Made by a program: the position numbers and the translations under genes. Shown here piece after piece: positions 9,241 to 19,213 of a DNA stretch of 64,000 nt (within the stretch, counting starts at the first letter, position 1; every line of letters begins with the position of its first letter). The notes beneath the pieces were generated by a model that saw only the letters and a list, made by a program, of their open reading frames with translations, was not told where the DNA came from and ran no database searches. Location of the stretch: assembly GCA_963717465.1 (NCBI GenBank), contig OY970340.1:288001-352000 (forward strand), written 5' to 3'. Source of the DNA: Candidatus Bathyarchaeota archaeon (lineage in GTDB: Archaea > Thermoproteota > Bathyarchaeia > Bathyarchaeales > Bathycorpusculaceae).

Positions 9241-10488
9241 TTAACTGCTTGCAAGGGGTCGTTCACCTAATGTTACTTGTACCACACTTTGGGTGCTGCT
9301 TTTGTTATCGGTTACAAATGTTATGTTGATGACGTCGTTAGGCTTTGTGTATTCTTCAAGGTACGATGACAGATCGTCCATGCTTCTGATTCTAGTCCCA
9401 TTAATCGCTGTAATGATGTCGCCACCTGTATAAACAGTTGAGCCGTCTATTGTTGACTCTGTTGTGCCTGCTTCAAGTTTATTTGCTGCTGGTCCTGTAC
9501 TGTTTACCCCTTCAATTAGGACGCCATAGGTCACGCTTGCGTCAGTTTGTTGGGCTATGTCATAGGTCATGTCAGTGCCTTCAATCCCGAGGTATGGATG
9601 ATAATATGGTTCGCCGTTTGCCAAATCCGACACTTCTCTGAGTATTGTATCTGAGGGGATTGCGAAGCCTAATCCTTGGGAGTCCGAAACTATAGCCGTT
9701 GTTATGCCGATAACTTGACCAGCACTGTTTAGCAGAGGTCCACCTGAATTGCCTGGGTTTATAGGAGTGCTGGTTTGGATGATGTCAGCTATTTCGTAAT
9801 CGCCCGCAGTGTCCTCAATGATTGTTCGATTCAATGCGCTAACTATGCCTGTGGTCATGGAGCCTGATAATCCGTATGGGCTGCCGATTGCTATCACATC
9901 ATCGCCTACTTGCAGTGTTGAAGAGGTGGTGATTTGAATAGGAACAAGCTCACTTTGATTTATGTTGGCAGTTGAAAGGACAGCTAGGTCTGAGTAAGGA
10001 TCTGAGCCGAGGACTGTGCTGGTGTAGGTGTTGCCATCTTGGAAGGTTACTTCAATGTTTTGGGCGGCGCTGTACTCGTCTATTACGTGATTGTTTGTGA
10101 TTACGATCATTGTTCCTGTAAGGTTGTAGATGAATCCGGAGCCTTGAACCTGCACTTGTTCTTGAGTTGTGTATCCAAACCCCTCATCTTCTGTTTCAGT
10201 TTGGATGTCTTGGATTACTACTATTGATGGTGATGCTTGTTGATAAATTTGTGAAAGCGTGGTGTTAGTCTGTGCTTCATCAGGTGAGGCAGTCGCGTTT
10301 CCGAATGTGGCTTTTTGGTTGTTTTGAGTTATGATTAGGTATACTTCTGCTGATAAGGCGGTTGCTAGTGCAGCTATTAGGATTATGCATATGAGGAATA
10401 TGGCAAGTTTGTGGTTTGTTTGTTCTTTTGGTGGGGGAAGCATTTGTTTTACTTTCCTAAAGTCAGCTACTACTTGTGATAGTAACAA
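9241..10488 (-). CDS. HtrA/DegP-like membrane-anchored serine protease with PDZ domain
   Basis: TM helix, GSGF, TNNHV, DLAVL, INPGNSGGPL, C-terminal PDZ. Confidence 0.93.
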   Translation of the reverse strand: MLLSQVVADFRKVKQMLPPPKEQTNHKLAIFLICIILIAALATALSAEVYLIITQNNQKATFGNATASPDEAQTNTTLSQIYQQASPSIVVIQDIQTETEDEGFGYTTQEQVQVQGSGFIYNLTGTMIVITNNHVIDEYSAAQNIEVTFQDGNTYTSTVLGSDPYSDLAVLSTANINQSELVPIQITTSSTLQVGDDVIAIGSPYGLSGSMTTGIVSALNRTIIEDTAGDYEIADIIQTSTPINPGNSGGPLLNSAGQVIGITTAIVSDSQGLGFAIPSDTILREVSDLANGEPYYHPYLGIEGTDMTYDIAQQTDASVTYGVLIEGVNSTGPAANKLEAGTTESTIDGSTVYTGGDIITAINGTRIRSMDDLSSYLEEYTKPNDVINITFVTDNKSSTQSVVQVTLGERPLASS

Positions 10489-10806
10489 ATTAACATATAA
10501 ACCTTATCCCAACTAGCGCCCAACTTCTCCAGCGCCAACCCTTCCAAATTGTCAGGTCAGGCGCACGCAAATGATAAATTGCATTTTGCACTTAAGTTCA
10601 CAAAGTCGGCTATTTGTCAGGCTAATATTGTGCTCTCTAAGTGTCGGCTTTTCATTTTAGTTAGTGTAGCTGCTATTTTTGCTGTATCTTCAGGCCTCGC
10701 TTAATAGTCATCATGTAATATGTATGCTTGTTGTTGGTATTGCTGTAGTAAAGTTTTATTAGCCATCAAACATATCTCCTTGAAGAAATTTGTAGTATAT
10801 ACCAGT

Positions 10807-10884
10807 GCTCCGGTAGTATAGTCCGGTCAAGTATTCCGGCCTTTCGAGCCGAAGACCCGGGTCCGAATCCCGGCCGGAGCACCA
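10807..10884 (+). tRNA. tRNA-Glu(TTC), CCA encoded
   Basis: GCTCCGG/CCGGAGC acceptor stem, anticodon loop CT-TTC-GA, T arm CCGGG-TCCGAAT-CCCGG. Confidence 0.92.
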
Positions 10885-10979
10885 ATTAACTTCTGAATTG
10901 GGTTAGAGACCTGTTTCTATACTAGTGGGAAAAAGAACAACGAACTTAGTCCTTCTTCGTGACAAGCAGTATTTTGGTA

Positions 10980-11827
10980 TCAATGGTTGTTGATCCAATC
11001 GCCTACTGCATCAGTCACCTGTCTTCTCTTTTCTGGGTCGTCAGGAAAATGGGATTTTGGGAAAAAGACATGATAAAACCTATAATCCGCATCTTGAAGG
11101 TCTTTAGAGTTTTGTCCTTTGACGCCAAGCTGTCAAGGAGTTTTTTTGCGCCTTCTGGCAGTACATGGATATCTGTCTCGCCTTGAATAATCAGAGTCGG
11201 TGTTTGTGTTCTTGACGCATTTTTCAAGGCGTTTTTTGTAAAGGTCCTACGCAGCGAATAATGTAACGTGCGCTCTGTCCATGGGCGTTTAATGGGTTTT
11301 CATTGAGAAGTTTGAATTCGTCACTGTTTTTGAAAGCTTGTGGCATTTCCTGGTCGCCACGCAACACCTTTTTGGGAGCGAACAGTAGTAAAAACAGACC
11401 TTTGATTACCAACCCTACGGGCGTTTTTGTGGCATATTGTATAGGTGGCGCGGCTAATACTACGCCATCAAGAGAAGCTTGGTTGTTTGCGGTATACCAG
11501 AGTGCATAGCAACAGCCCAAGCTGTGACCAAGCAGGAACACTTTCTTATTTTGGTGCTTTTCGTGAATGAAAGTTACTGCTTCACTTAAATCTTGCATAT
11601 GTCTCTTGAAATTGCTTGTATCTCCCCCTTTCCAACCCTTTTTCCACCGAATTTCCGAAACCTCGAAGATCCTGGGCATAAACTTCGATTTTATCCTTTG
11701 CCAGAGCCTTTCCCAAGTTCTCAAAGAATTCCGAATTTACTCCTAAACCATGCACACATACAACGACTCTCTGAGCTTCGTCAGTGACTTTCCATTGCCA
11801 ATAAAATAGGGCAAATCCATCCGACAT
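10980..11827 (-). CDS. Alpha/beta hydrolase (lysophospholipase-like), split by frameshifts
   Basis: CVHGLG, DLRGFG, LLGHSLG nucleophile elbow and IIQGETD across consecutive ORF pieces. Confidence 0.8.
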
Positions 11828-12225
11828 CGTAATATAGTTCTGAACTTGAGCAGATATGTACTAGAGCCCCCGTTTTATTTTGCAGTTTCTTGAGTTAATA
11901 CCGTTTTTGCCGCCAGAGTTTGGGCAATTTATTTTATCTTTTGATTTGTGAAGAATTCAGCTGATCAATGCCGTTAAAATTTTATAATTATTAATTTTAT
12001 ATGACCACCACAAATGGCTTTTCACAAGCATCACAAGGATAACTTTAGAACCAAGAAAGGGGAAAACTTCGTCGTGTATAAAACAAGCACCGATTAACAG
12101 ATAAATGAAAATTGTGTTTTTGAGTTAAAACCCGAATATAGACCTAGACCGAAGCACTTTTTGGTAAATTTGATATGAAGAAGGATTATTTCTACAATTT
12201 ATTACCCTAAAAAGTTAAGTTTTAA

Positions 12226-12459
12226 TTGTTTCAAATAAAATACGATGATTGGTGTAACTGGATGACTTGGAGAATTAGAGTTGTTTTCAGGGATTCTAAT
12301 GGAAAGTTGCTTCATGCAGCGGGATGTTTGGGCGACAAGGATGGAAATGTTTACGAGTTTGCTACTAGAAATGAGTGTTACAGAGCTATCAAGTCATTGG
12401 AGAAAAAAGACTTTTGTCAGTATAAGGGATTGTTAGAACCTATGGAGACCTTGCTCTGA
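12226..12459 (+). CDS. Hypothetical protein
   Basis: 77-aa ORF only. Confidence 0.35.
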   Translation: MFQIKYDDWCNWMTWRIRVVFRDSNGKLLHAAGCLGDKDGNVYEFATRNECYRAIKSLEKKDFCQYKGLLEPMETLL

Positions 12460-12463
12460 ACCT

Positions 12464-12811
12464 CTAGCAGGTTACGTGAAGGATTGCAACCATTGTTCTC
12501 TTTTCACGCTCAATCTTATCCACGATAAGAGGCGTCGCCATCGTAGACGTCTTGAATTTACTCAACATTTTCTTCGCTTTTTCCGTTATCGGCAATCCAT
12601 TTTCGTAACCAGTTCCAACATAAACAACTTCAGGCTTTTCATCCTTAAGAAACCCTAGCTCTTTTTCCGACAGAGGAGTATGACCATAAACCTTCTTAAA
12701 ACCCTTAGATTTCTTCTTTTTCCGATTTGTTATGCGACCGTCAACATGTAATACTATGTCTTCTTCATACTCATGCCCGAAAATCTCGACTGAACCAAAA
12801 GACGCATTCAC
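12464..12811 (-). CDS. Mth938-like domain protein
   Basis: SFGSVEI, PEVVYVGTG, C-terminal AILHVTC. Confidence 0.8.
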   Translation of the reverse strand: MNASFGSVEIFGHEYEEDIVLHVDGRITNRKKKKSKGFKKVYGHTPLSEKELGFLKDEKPEVVYVGTGYENGLPITEKAKKMLSKFKTSTMATPLIVDKIEREKRTMVAILHVTC

Positions 12812-12948
12812 ATCGATTACTCTTCTACAAATAAGTAATATTTAGCGTTAATATAAACGCAAAGTGCACACGATTCCAAATTCTGGGAAAAAACAGTCTT
12901 TCCAAACTCAAATTCCTCTGCAGCTTAAAGCTTGTAATGAATTATTGA

Positions 12949-13696
12949 TTATTTTCCTCCTTTAATTAGGCCCATGGCTCCTAATATGGAAGGCAGCTGT
13001 AACGCTGTCGAAATAAACGGTTCATCCCTTGTTAATTTGAACTCCACTTTTGTTATACCCCAACTTTGAATAGTTTTCACCAGTTCTTCTGAACTGCCAT
13101 AAAGCCGCTTTAGCAAAAAAAGATCCTGAAAAGCGAAACTGCCACCCTTCTTAACAACGCGAAATGCTTCTTTGATTAAGGCCATTTTGTCTTTTTGATC
13201 TTTAACTTCGTGAAAAACGAGGTTACTTACAGCAGCATCGAAAACCTCATCGTCAAATGGCAAGTTGGAAGCGCTCGCCTGCTGAAAAGTGATTTGAGCA
13301 TTGACGTTTTCCAAAATAGCATTGTTTTCACAAACATTTTTTGAAAAACCCAATTCTTCCCCCAGTAATCAACTCCCACTAAACTTGCTTGAGGATACTT
13401 TTAAGCCAGTTTAATGGTTAAAGCGCCATTTCCACATCCTACGTCTAAAGCTTTACGTTGGCCAGCCCAATCTAAGTTAGCAACAACCAAATCCCAAATT
13501 CTACTCTGCACATCCTTACCATAAGAAGAAAGCAAAAAGTAAACATAGATAACGTATACAAGAAACAGAAAAGCGCCGCTGAAAACAAAATAAAAACCCA
13601 AGAAAAAATAGCAAGCGCTGAAAATACGAGTACAAGTATTATTGGAAGAGAAATTATTCTCTTTGAAAACCAGCTACCATAATGCGGCTTATCCAA
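12949..13696 (-). CDS. Class I SAM-dependent methyltransferase with N-terminal TM, frameshifted
   Basis: ALDVGCGNG, LPFDDEVFDAAVSNLVFHEV, RVVKKGG across three ORF pieces; start approximate. Confidence 0.8.
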
Positions 13697-14121
13697 GCTA
13701 ATGCCAACCGTAAGTACGTTATCTTGTTTTTTTAACAGTAAAATGCTATTTAGGTTTTCTATCAAAATCTTTCCATTTTCAGCTTGAACTTATCGCCGAA
13801 TAATTAGAGTTAAGTACTCGCGTATTTGGTCTTACTCTATGTTTTAGAAACCCTGAAAACAGCCATTTTCAATAGGCAAAAAGCGAAGGATATGCAGGCA
13901 AAAAAGTTTTGTTCCGCAAGAAAAGTGTGAAGAGTCTTTTAAATGACAGCAAAATCATAGATGAAAACGCAGAAAATAAACAAATTTAACCGTCGAACAA
14001 GTTAAGTCTCAAAAAATAAATGATTTATAGTGTCATTTAGAGTCTGTACAAAACTTTTTACCAGCTTAAAGTGTCAACCTCTCACTATATATTAAACCGC
14101 AAAAAACCGAAGGAATTAGAC

Positions 14122-14784
14122 ATGAGCGAAGAAAAACTAGATGCATTAAGTCAGAACAAAGAAGAAGCGCTTCTCTCGTTTTATTCTAGAATGGAAAATC
14201 TTCGCCTTGAATTCGCACAGGAAACAGTTGATTTCGCCAAAGAATGGTATGAAAAAACTGCTAGACTTTACGTCACTAAATTTATTGAAGTAACCTCGAA
14301 AATGAGTGAAAAGAGACTTTACTTCATGAAAGTTAGAGTTAACGAGCTTATAAAAGGCGCTAATGACATCGTCGAATTTGAGTTGTCTAATCCTGAATTG
14401 TGGTGGCACAAAAGACCCAAAGCGATATGCTCAGTCTCTTTATACACTCAGGCTGGCAACAAGTACCCTGAAATTCTTGACCGGGCAGTCAGACATATTT
14501 TAGGAAGTTTAGGAGCAGTTCTGGAAGCATTCGGCTACAACGTTACAACCCAAGGAAACTCGATGGTGTTTCCGGAATTTTGGTTTGATTCCACAAACGG
14601 CCAAAGAATAGTCCCCTACTATCCACACACCCTTGAATGGTCAAAAAACATGCAGATCACAATAGCAAAATACAATGAGCAGTATACGCAGGCACTTGAA
14701 CTCTTCAAAGAGGTACAGGAGCTAAAAAATCAAAACAAACAAATGCAAGTCGGCGTACTATGGGACTCGATTGAGGCAGTCTAA
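14122..14784 (+). CDS. Hypothetical protein; paralog of 63540..>64000
   Basis: Shares LRLEFA, ELSNPELWWH, KYPEILDRAVRHILG with the ORF at 63540, which aligns from this Met. Confidence 0.75.
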   Translation: MSEEKLDALSQNKEEALLSFYSRMENLRLEFAQETVDFAKEWYEKTARLYVTKFIEVTSKMSEKRLYFMKVRVNELIKGANDIVEFELSNPELWWHKRPKAICSVSLYTQAGNKYPEILDRAVRHILGSLGAVLEAFGYNVTTQGNSMVFPEFWFDSTNGQRIVPYYPHTLEWSKNMQITIAKYNEQYTQALELFKEVQELKNQNKQMQVGVLWDSIEAV

Positions 14785-14942
14785 ACCCGCCGTTTCAGTT
14801 AAGCTCAGCTTTCTCGATACACTTCATTTTTCAAAAATGCGTTCATGAGCCAAACTTTTGCCTTCAAGAAAAAATTACAGACTTACGTTAAAATGAGAAG
14901 GGTTTGCGAACTTCCAAGAAAGCTATAAATTAACGCTATGCT

Positions 14943-15413
14943 TTGTGGATATTGTGGTTTGTTTTGTCACTTGAAGTTGTATCGCATGTTGAGCTTGAAA
15001 AATATTTAGGCAAATGGTATGAAATAGCACATCTCCCAGCCAAATTCCAAGAAGGCTGCAATGAAACCATTGCTACGTACACATTAATGAAAAATGGCAG
15101 TGTATCCGTGCTTAATCAATGCATAAAAAATGGCAAGTCAAAGCATTCAAAGGGGAAAGCAAAAGTAGTTGATAAGTCGAATGCAAAACTTAAAGTAACG
15201 TTTTTTTGGCCGTTCTACGGTGACTATTGGATTATAAATCTAGGTAAAGATTATGATTATGCTGTGGTGGGCACACCCAACCGCAGGTACCTTTGGATAC
15301 TCAGCAGGACCCCTCAAATGGATGACAAGCTTTACGCACAATTAGTGGAACAGGCAAAACTAAAAGGCTTTGATGTAAGCAGACTTATCAAAACTCTTCA
15401 GAAAGTGCAATGA
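14943..15413 (+). CDS. Lipocalin (Blc-like)
   Basis: YLGKWYEIA, KLKVTFFWPFYGDYWI, YLWILSRTP. Confidence 0.9.
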   Translation: MWILWFVLSLEVVSHVELEKYLGKWYEIAHLPAKFQEGCNETIATYTLMKNGSVSVLNQCIKNGKSKHSKGKAKVVDKSNAKLKVTFFWPFYGDYWIINLGKDYDYAVVGTPNRRYLWILSRTPQMDDKLYAQLVEQAKLKGFDVSRLIKTLQKVQ

Positions 15414-15649
15414 AAACTAATTACGGTTCAATAGGGTGGATTTGCAAAAGTACCAAAACACGAAGAGTAATCAAATACTCACCCTCAATTCAACCGGCTT
15501 TTTTTAAAAAAAAGCCCTACCAATAGCAACCACGTATAGTTGAATCCTTAATTTGCATGCATAAGCAAGTCTTAAATAGCAAGCAGTAAATATGTAGCGA
15601 AAAACTTGAAAAATTCGTCGCTGCTTCAAAAAGAATAAGGTGATGTTGA

Positions 15650-17086
15650 ATGGTAGAGCAAGCCAACAAATCAACGATTACTCTAACTCATAGTAACACA
15701 GTTTTAGGCATCGTAATGTTAGGCACCATGATGGGGGCACTCGACAGCACCATCGTGCTCCTTGCATTTCCAACGATAAGCAGTAGCCTAAACTCTGACC
15801 TTGCAACTTCGATATGGATAATTCTCGCTTATCTTCTGGTCATCGCTGTAGCGACTACGCAAATGGGCAGGGTTGGAGATATCTATGGGAGGAGCCGAAT
15901 ATTCAATTTAGGCTTCGTGATTTTCACTATTGGCTCAGCGCTTTGCGGGTTCTCATCTAACATTTACTTATTAATATCTTTTAGAGCATTCCAAGCATTA
16001 GGAGGAGCCGTTATGCAAGCCACCAGTGGAGCAATAATAGCAGACTATTTCCCAAGAGAAAAACGCGGTCGAGCATACGGCTTTAACTCCCTTGGCTTCA
16101 CTAGCGGAGCGATGCTTGGCATAATTCTTGGCGGGGTAATCACTACTTACGCCAGCTGGCAGTACATTTTCTTCATAAACATCCCGATTGGAATAATCGC
16201 CGTCATAGCTGGATCAAAGTACCTCAAAGATGCTGGCAGAACACCCGCTAAGCTTAACCTAGTAGGCATGGGGCTACTTGCTTCAGGCTTGACATTGATA
16301 TCTTTCGGATTGATAGATTTCGCTGCTGAAGGACTAAGCGCAACGAATATTTTCTTGACAGTCATTGGAGCAGTGTTATTGCCCATCTTCTTCTGGTACG
16401 ATCGAAGAATTAAAAACTCCCTGATTGATTACGAGGCTTTCAAGAGCAGGGTCCTACGTAATGCAATATTGTCTGCCTTCTTCACAAGCGTAGGTTATTT
16501 TTCTGTAGTGTTCTTGGTTATCATGTACTTACAAGGCATAAGAGCCCTTTCGCCGCTTAATGCCTCGCTACTGCTGGTACCTGGATACGTAGCCGGCAGC
16601 TTCTTGGGCCCAATAATGGGCAGAGCTTCAGACAAGTACGGCTCAAGAGGAATAGCTACAACGGGCATATTCTTCCTGGCGTTGGCCATATTGATTTATC
16701 TTACGTTGGGTACTGAATCACCGCTTTACATCGTGCTTATTGCCTCAGCTGTCTCGGGTTTAGGAACCTCTATGTTCTTCCCAGCTAACAACAGCGCTGT
16801 CATGGCAAATGCAAGAACTGGTTCATTTGGCAGCATCTCAGGTTTACTTCGGACCGTACAAAACATTGGATTAGTCGGAAGCTATGTCTTGACCATCTCG
16901 GTCGCGGCAGCCTCAATACCCAGGCAAGTAGCTTTTGAAGTGTTCGTTGGAACAACCAAGCTTACTGGTGGAGTGAGCCAAGCCTTCATTTACGGGATAG
17001 ATCACGCATTCTACGCATCCATAATCATTCTTATAATCGCAGGCGTGCTATCCTTTATCAGAGGAAGAGATGTAAGAAAACCCTAG
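15650..17086 (+). CDS. MFS drug:H+ antiporter (DHA2-like)
   Basis: LDSTIV, GRVGDIYGR, YIFFINIPIG; many TM helices. Confidence 0.9.
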   Translation: MVEQANKSTITLTHSNTVLGIVMLGTMMGALDSTIVLLAFPTISSSLNSDLATSIWIILAYLLVIAVATTQMGRVGDIYGRSRIFNLGFVIFTIGSALCGFSSNIYLLISFRAFQALGGAVMQATSGAIIADYFPREKRGRAYGFNSLGFTSGAMLGIILGGVITTYASWQYIFFINIPIGIIAVIAGSKYLKDAGRTPAKLNLVGMGLLASGLTLISFGLIDFAAEGLSATNIFLTVIGAVLLPIFFWYDRRIKNSLIDYEAFKSRVLRNAILSAFFTSVGYFSVVFLVIMYLQGIRALSPLNASLLLVPGYVAGSFLGPIMGRASDKYGSRGIATTGIFFLALAILIYLTLGTESPLYIVLIASAVSGLGTSMFFPANNSAVMANARTGSFGSISGLLRTVQNIGLVGSYVLTISVAAASIPRQVAFEVFVGTTKLTGGVSQAFIYGIDHAFYASIIILIIAGVLSFIRGRDVRKP

Positions 17087-17206
17087 AATCATGCACGAAC
17101 CCAAAAAACCAGGCGACTATTAAAATCTAGAAATAGCTTGCTTTGATGACTTAATAAAAACTTTGCAAGGCGAAAATTTGGCAATGTGAAAGTGAGGAAA
17201 GTTTCT

Positions 17207-17419
17207 CTAAGAGGACCGTTTAGCTTCTTTAATTTGCTTTGTTATCTCAGAGGCCAAAACTGATAGGAACATGATGCTAAAAGCCGCCACTGCAATGCCC
17301 AACTTAAAAATCAAATCTATGTTCAAGAAGAAAAATGTAAAAAGAACGATAACTATCGTACATATAACTACCACTTCTTCGATGGCGTCAAAATTCTTTA
17401 ATGGATTTCCAAAACTCAT
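17207..17419 (-). CDS. Small 2-TM membrane protein
   Basis: Two hydrophobic segments, basic tail. Confidence 0.55.
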   Translation of the reverse strand: MSFGNPLKNFDAIEEVVVICTIVIVLFTFFFLNIDLIFKLGIAVAAFSIMFLSVLASEITKQIKEAKRSS

Positions 17420-17651
17420 TTTGCGTCACTTTCTTGACCCTGACTTCTTATCAGCGAAAAATATTAACATTCTGTTGCTACAAGCCTTATTTCTTCATTC
17501 AGCAAACGCGAAGATGCAGATAAACGATATTTATGTCTTGTGGTTGCATCTCGGAAGCTCTGTTTCTTCCTTAAAGCTCAATAAACTTATTGAATTACTG
17601 ATATAGAAACAACAAACAGATAAAACGGTAATTATTGTTTGCTATTGTTTT

Positions 17652-17750
17652 TTATGTCTTGGTTCTAAGCTCCAATCGAATACCATACAACACGACTGCG
17701 AATGAAACAACGATTACAACTACAGAAGCTGCATCAATTAGTCCAAACAT
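17652..17750 (-). CDS. 32-aa single-TM peptide (below ORF-track cutoff)
   Basis: MFGLIDAASVVVIVVSFAVVLYGIRLELRTKT; own TATA-like element plus shared motif upstream. Confidence 0.65.
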   Translation of the reverse strand: MFGLIDAASVVVIVVSFAVVLYGIRLELRTKT

Positions 17751-17806
17751 ATTTCTACCTTCTTTATGCTTAGACTAGTTGTATGCTCGGGTAAATTTAA
17801 AGATGA

Positions 17807-17833
17807 TTATGATTTGTTCATAATTCTTCTTAA
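17807..17833 (-). promoter_or_regulatory. Shared operator-like motif copy 1 (one half-site degenerate)
   Basis: ttatgatttgttcataattcttcttaa, about 6 bp upstream of TTTAAA on the minus strand. Confidence 0.6.
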
Positions 17834-17921
17834 TAGTTAAACATATGTCTAAAAAAAGTTTATATGTTGATTTTTCCTCAACGAGTCTAAAGTAACAAAA
17901 CAAAAAGGAAAGTGAATAAGA

Positions 17922-18158
17922 ATGAAAGCTTACATACTCTTAAGCACCAAGCCTGGAACATCCTTGGAAGTTGTTGAGAGAATAAAAACTAAAGTAAAAG
18001 AAAACATTACTGCAGACGCAATTTTCGGTCGATATGACGCAATCGTCGTTCTCGAAGCTCAAGAACTTGAAAAGATCAACCAAATAGTTTACAAAATAAT
18101 CGAAAAAGACCCAAACGTAATCAAAACAGAAACGTCCATTGTGCTATCACCCATGTAA
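17922..18158 (+). CDS. Stand-alone Lrp/AsnC ligand-binding (RAM) domain protein
   Basis: KAYILL, IFGRYDAIV, VIKTETSI; no HTH. Confidence 0.85.
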   Translation: MKAYILLSTKPGTSLEVVERIKTKVKENITADAIFGRYDAIVVLEAQELEKINQIVYKIIEKDPNVIKTETSIVLSPM

Positions 18159-18276
18159 TTGCAGCCAAAAACCTTTTCAGCCTTTTTTAGCTTCGATTGT
18201 GTCAAGAATTGTGTCGAAAGCAAAGAAAGGTGGAAAAATTTTTAGTTTTGCAAGGAGATCCTTTTAATGATTTTCA

Positions 18277-18573
18277 TTAAAGACACTTTGGCCCTTTATG
18301 AGCTTTAAGAACAATTGAGCTTACGGTACTTTTTACTCCTTTTATTTTCATTATCTTATTTTTCAGAATGTCTCTAAATTCTTCAATATCTGATGCAGAA
18401 ACCATAGTTACAATATCAAATTCTCCAGTTACCTCATAGAGTTCTTCCAGATTTTTCAATTTGGAAAGCGACTCTAATACAATGTCCATTTCTGGAGATT
18501 CAACGAATATATCTACGAAAGCCAACAATTTTGGCATAATGTTCATCTTTCCATACTGGACGGAGTTCGACAT
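18277..18573 (-). CDS. Stand-alone Lrp/AsnC RAM domain protein
   Basis: LYEVTGEFDIV, IKGVKSTVSSIVL; no HTH. Confidence 0.88.
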   Translation of the reverse strand: MSNSVQYGKMNIMPKLLAFVDIFVESPEMDIVLESLSKLKNLEELYEVTGEFDIVTMVSASDIEEFRDILKNKIMKIKGVKSTVSSIVLKAHKGPKCL

Positions 18574-18733
18574 ATTTATATCTTGTTGTCTCTGGTGTCG
18601 ATAAATTTGTATTTTTCATTAACAATTGGTTAAAAACATGACAATAGAGTGAAAATTCGTCAATTATATCTCAATATGCTATTCTAGAATGTTTGAAATT
18701 GGTGTAAAAATTTTTTTGAACGCGAATTAACCA

Positions 18734-19201
18734 TTAACCGTCGAATGCCTTGTAAATGTCTGGATACTGTTTTATTAATACTAGATTAATTCTCACTACA
18801 TTGACGTACGGGTTCCCGAAAATCCAAAATGTCCCTTCCTGATTCTCATTCACTATGTTATTTAATTCGTCGGTTGAGATTCCTGTGGCGTTGCTTATTC
18901 TGGGAACTTGTGAATATGCGTCCTGCAGTGTGATGTCTGGGTCTACACCTGATGCTGACGGCGATGCTGTTTCGTTTCTCGGCTGAAAGAAAAGAGGAGA
19001 TGTGAAATTTTGTACTATTAGATTTGATCCAACCGATTGCCCGTTGAGTTGAACTATTTCACCGTTAGCTTGGTAAGGGAAAAAAGCTTGACCTATACCT
19101 GTGATGAAAATTGGGTAAAAAATGCCGCAAATCAAGAATGAAGCCACTGTTATTCCTATAATAGGTTTGAAGTTCCATTTTTCTTTTTGCTGTTTCGTCA
19201 T
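18734..19201 (-). CDS. kdpC: K+-transporting ATPase subunit C
   Basis: YQANG, GSNLIVQNFT..FQPR, SASGVDPDI, VNVVRINL. Confidence 0.93.
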   Translation of the reverse strand: MTKQQKEKWNFKPIIGITVASFLICGIFYPIFITGIGQAFFPYQANGEIVQLNGQSVGSNLIVQNFTSPLFFQPRNETASPSASGVDPDITLQDAYSQVPRISNATGISTDELNNIVNENQEGTFWIFGNPYVNVVRINLVLIKQYPDIYKAFDG

Positions 19202-19213
19202 GTTTGCATTCCT

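Noticed and set aside
10500..10580. GC-rich stretch upstream of htrA as sRNA
   Set aside because: Only short GCGCC repeats; no clear C/D boxes or extended stem
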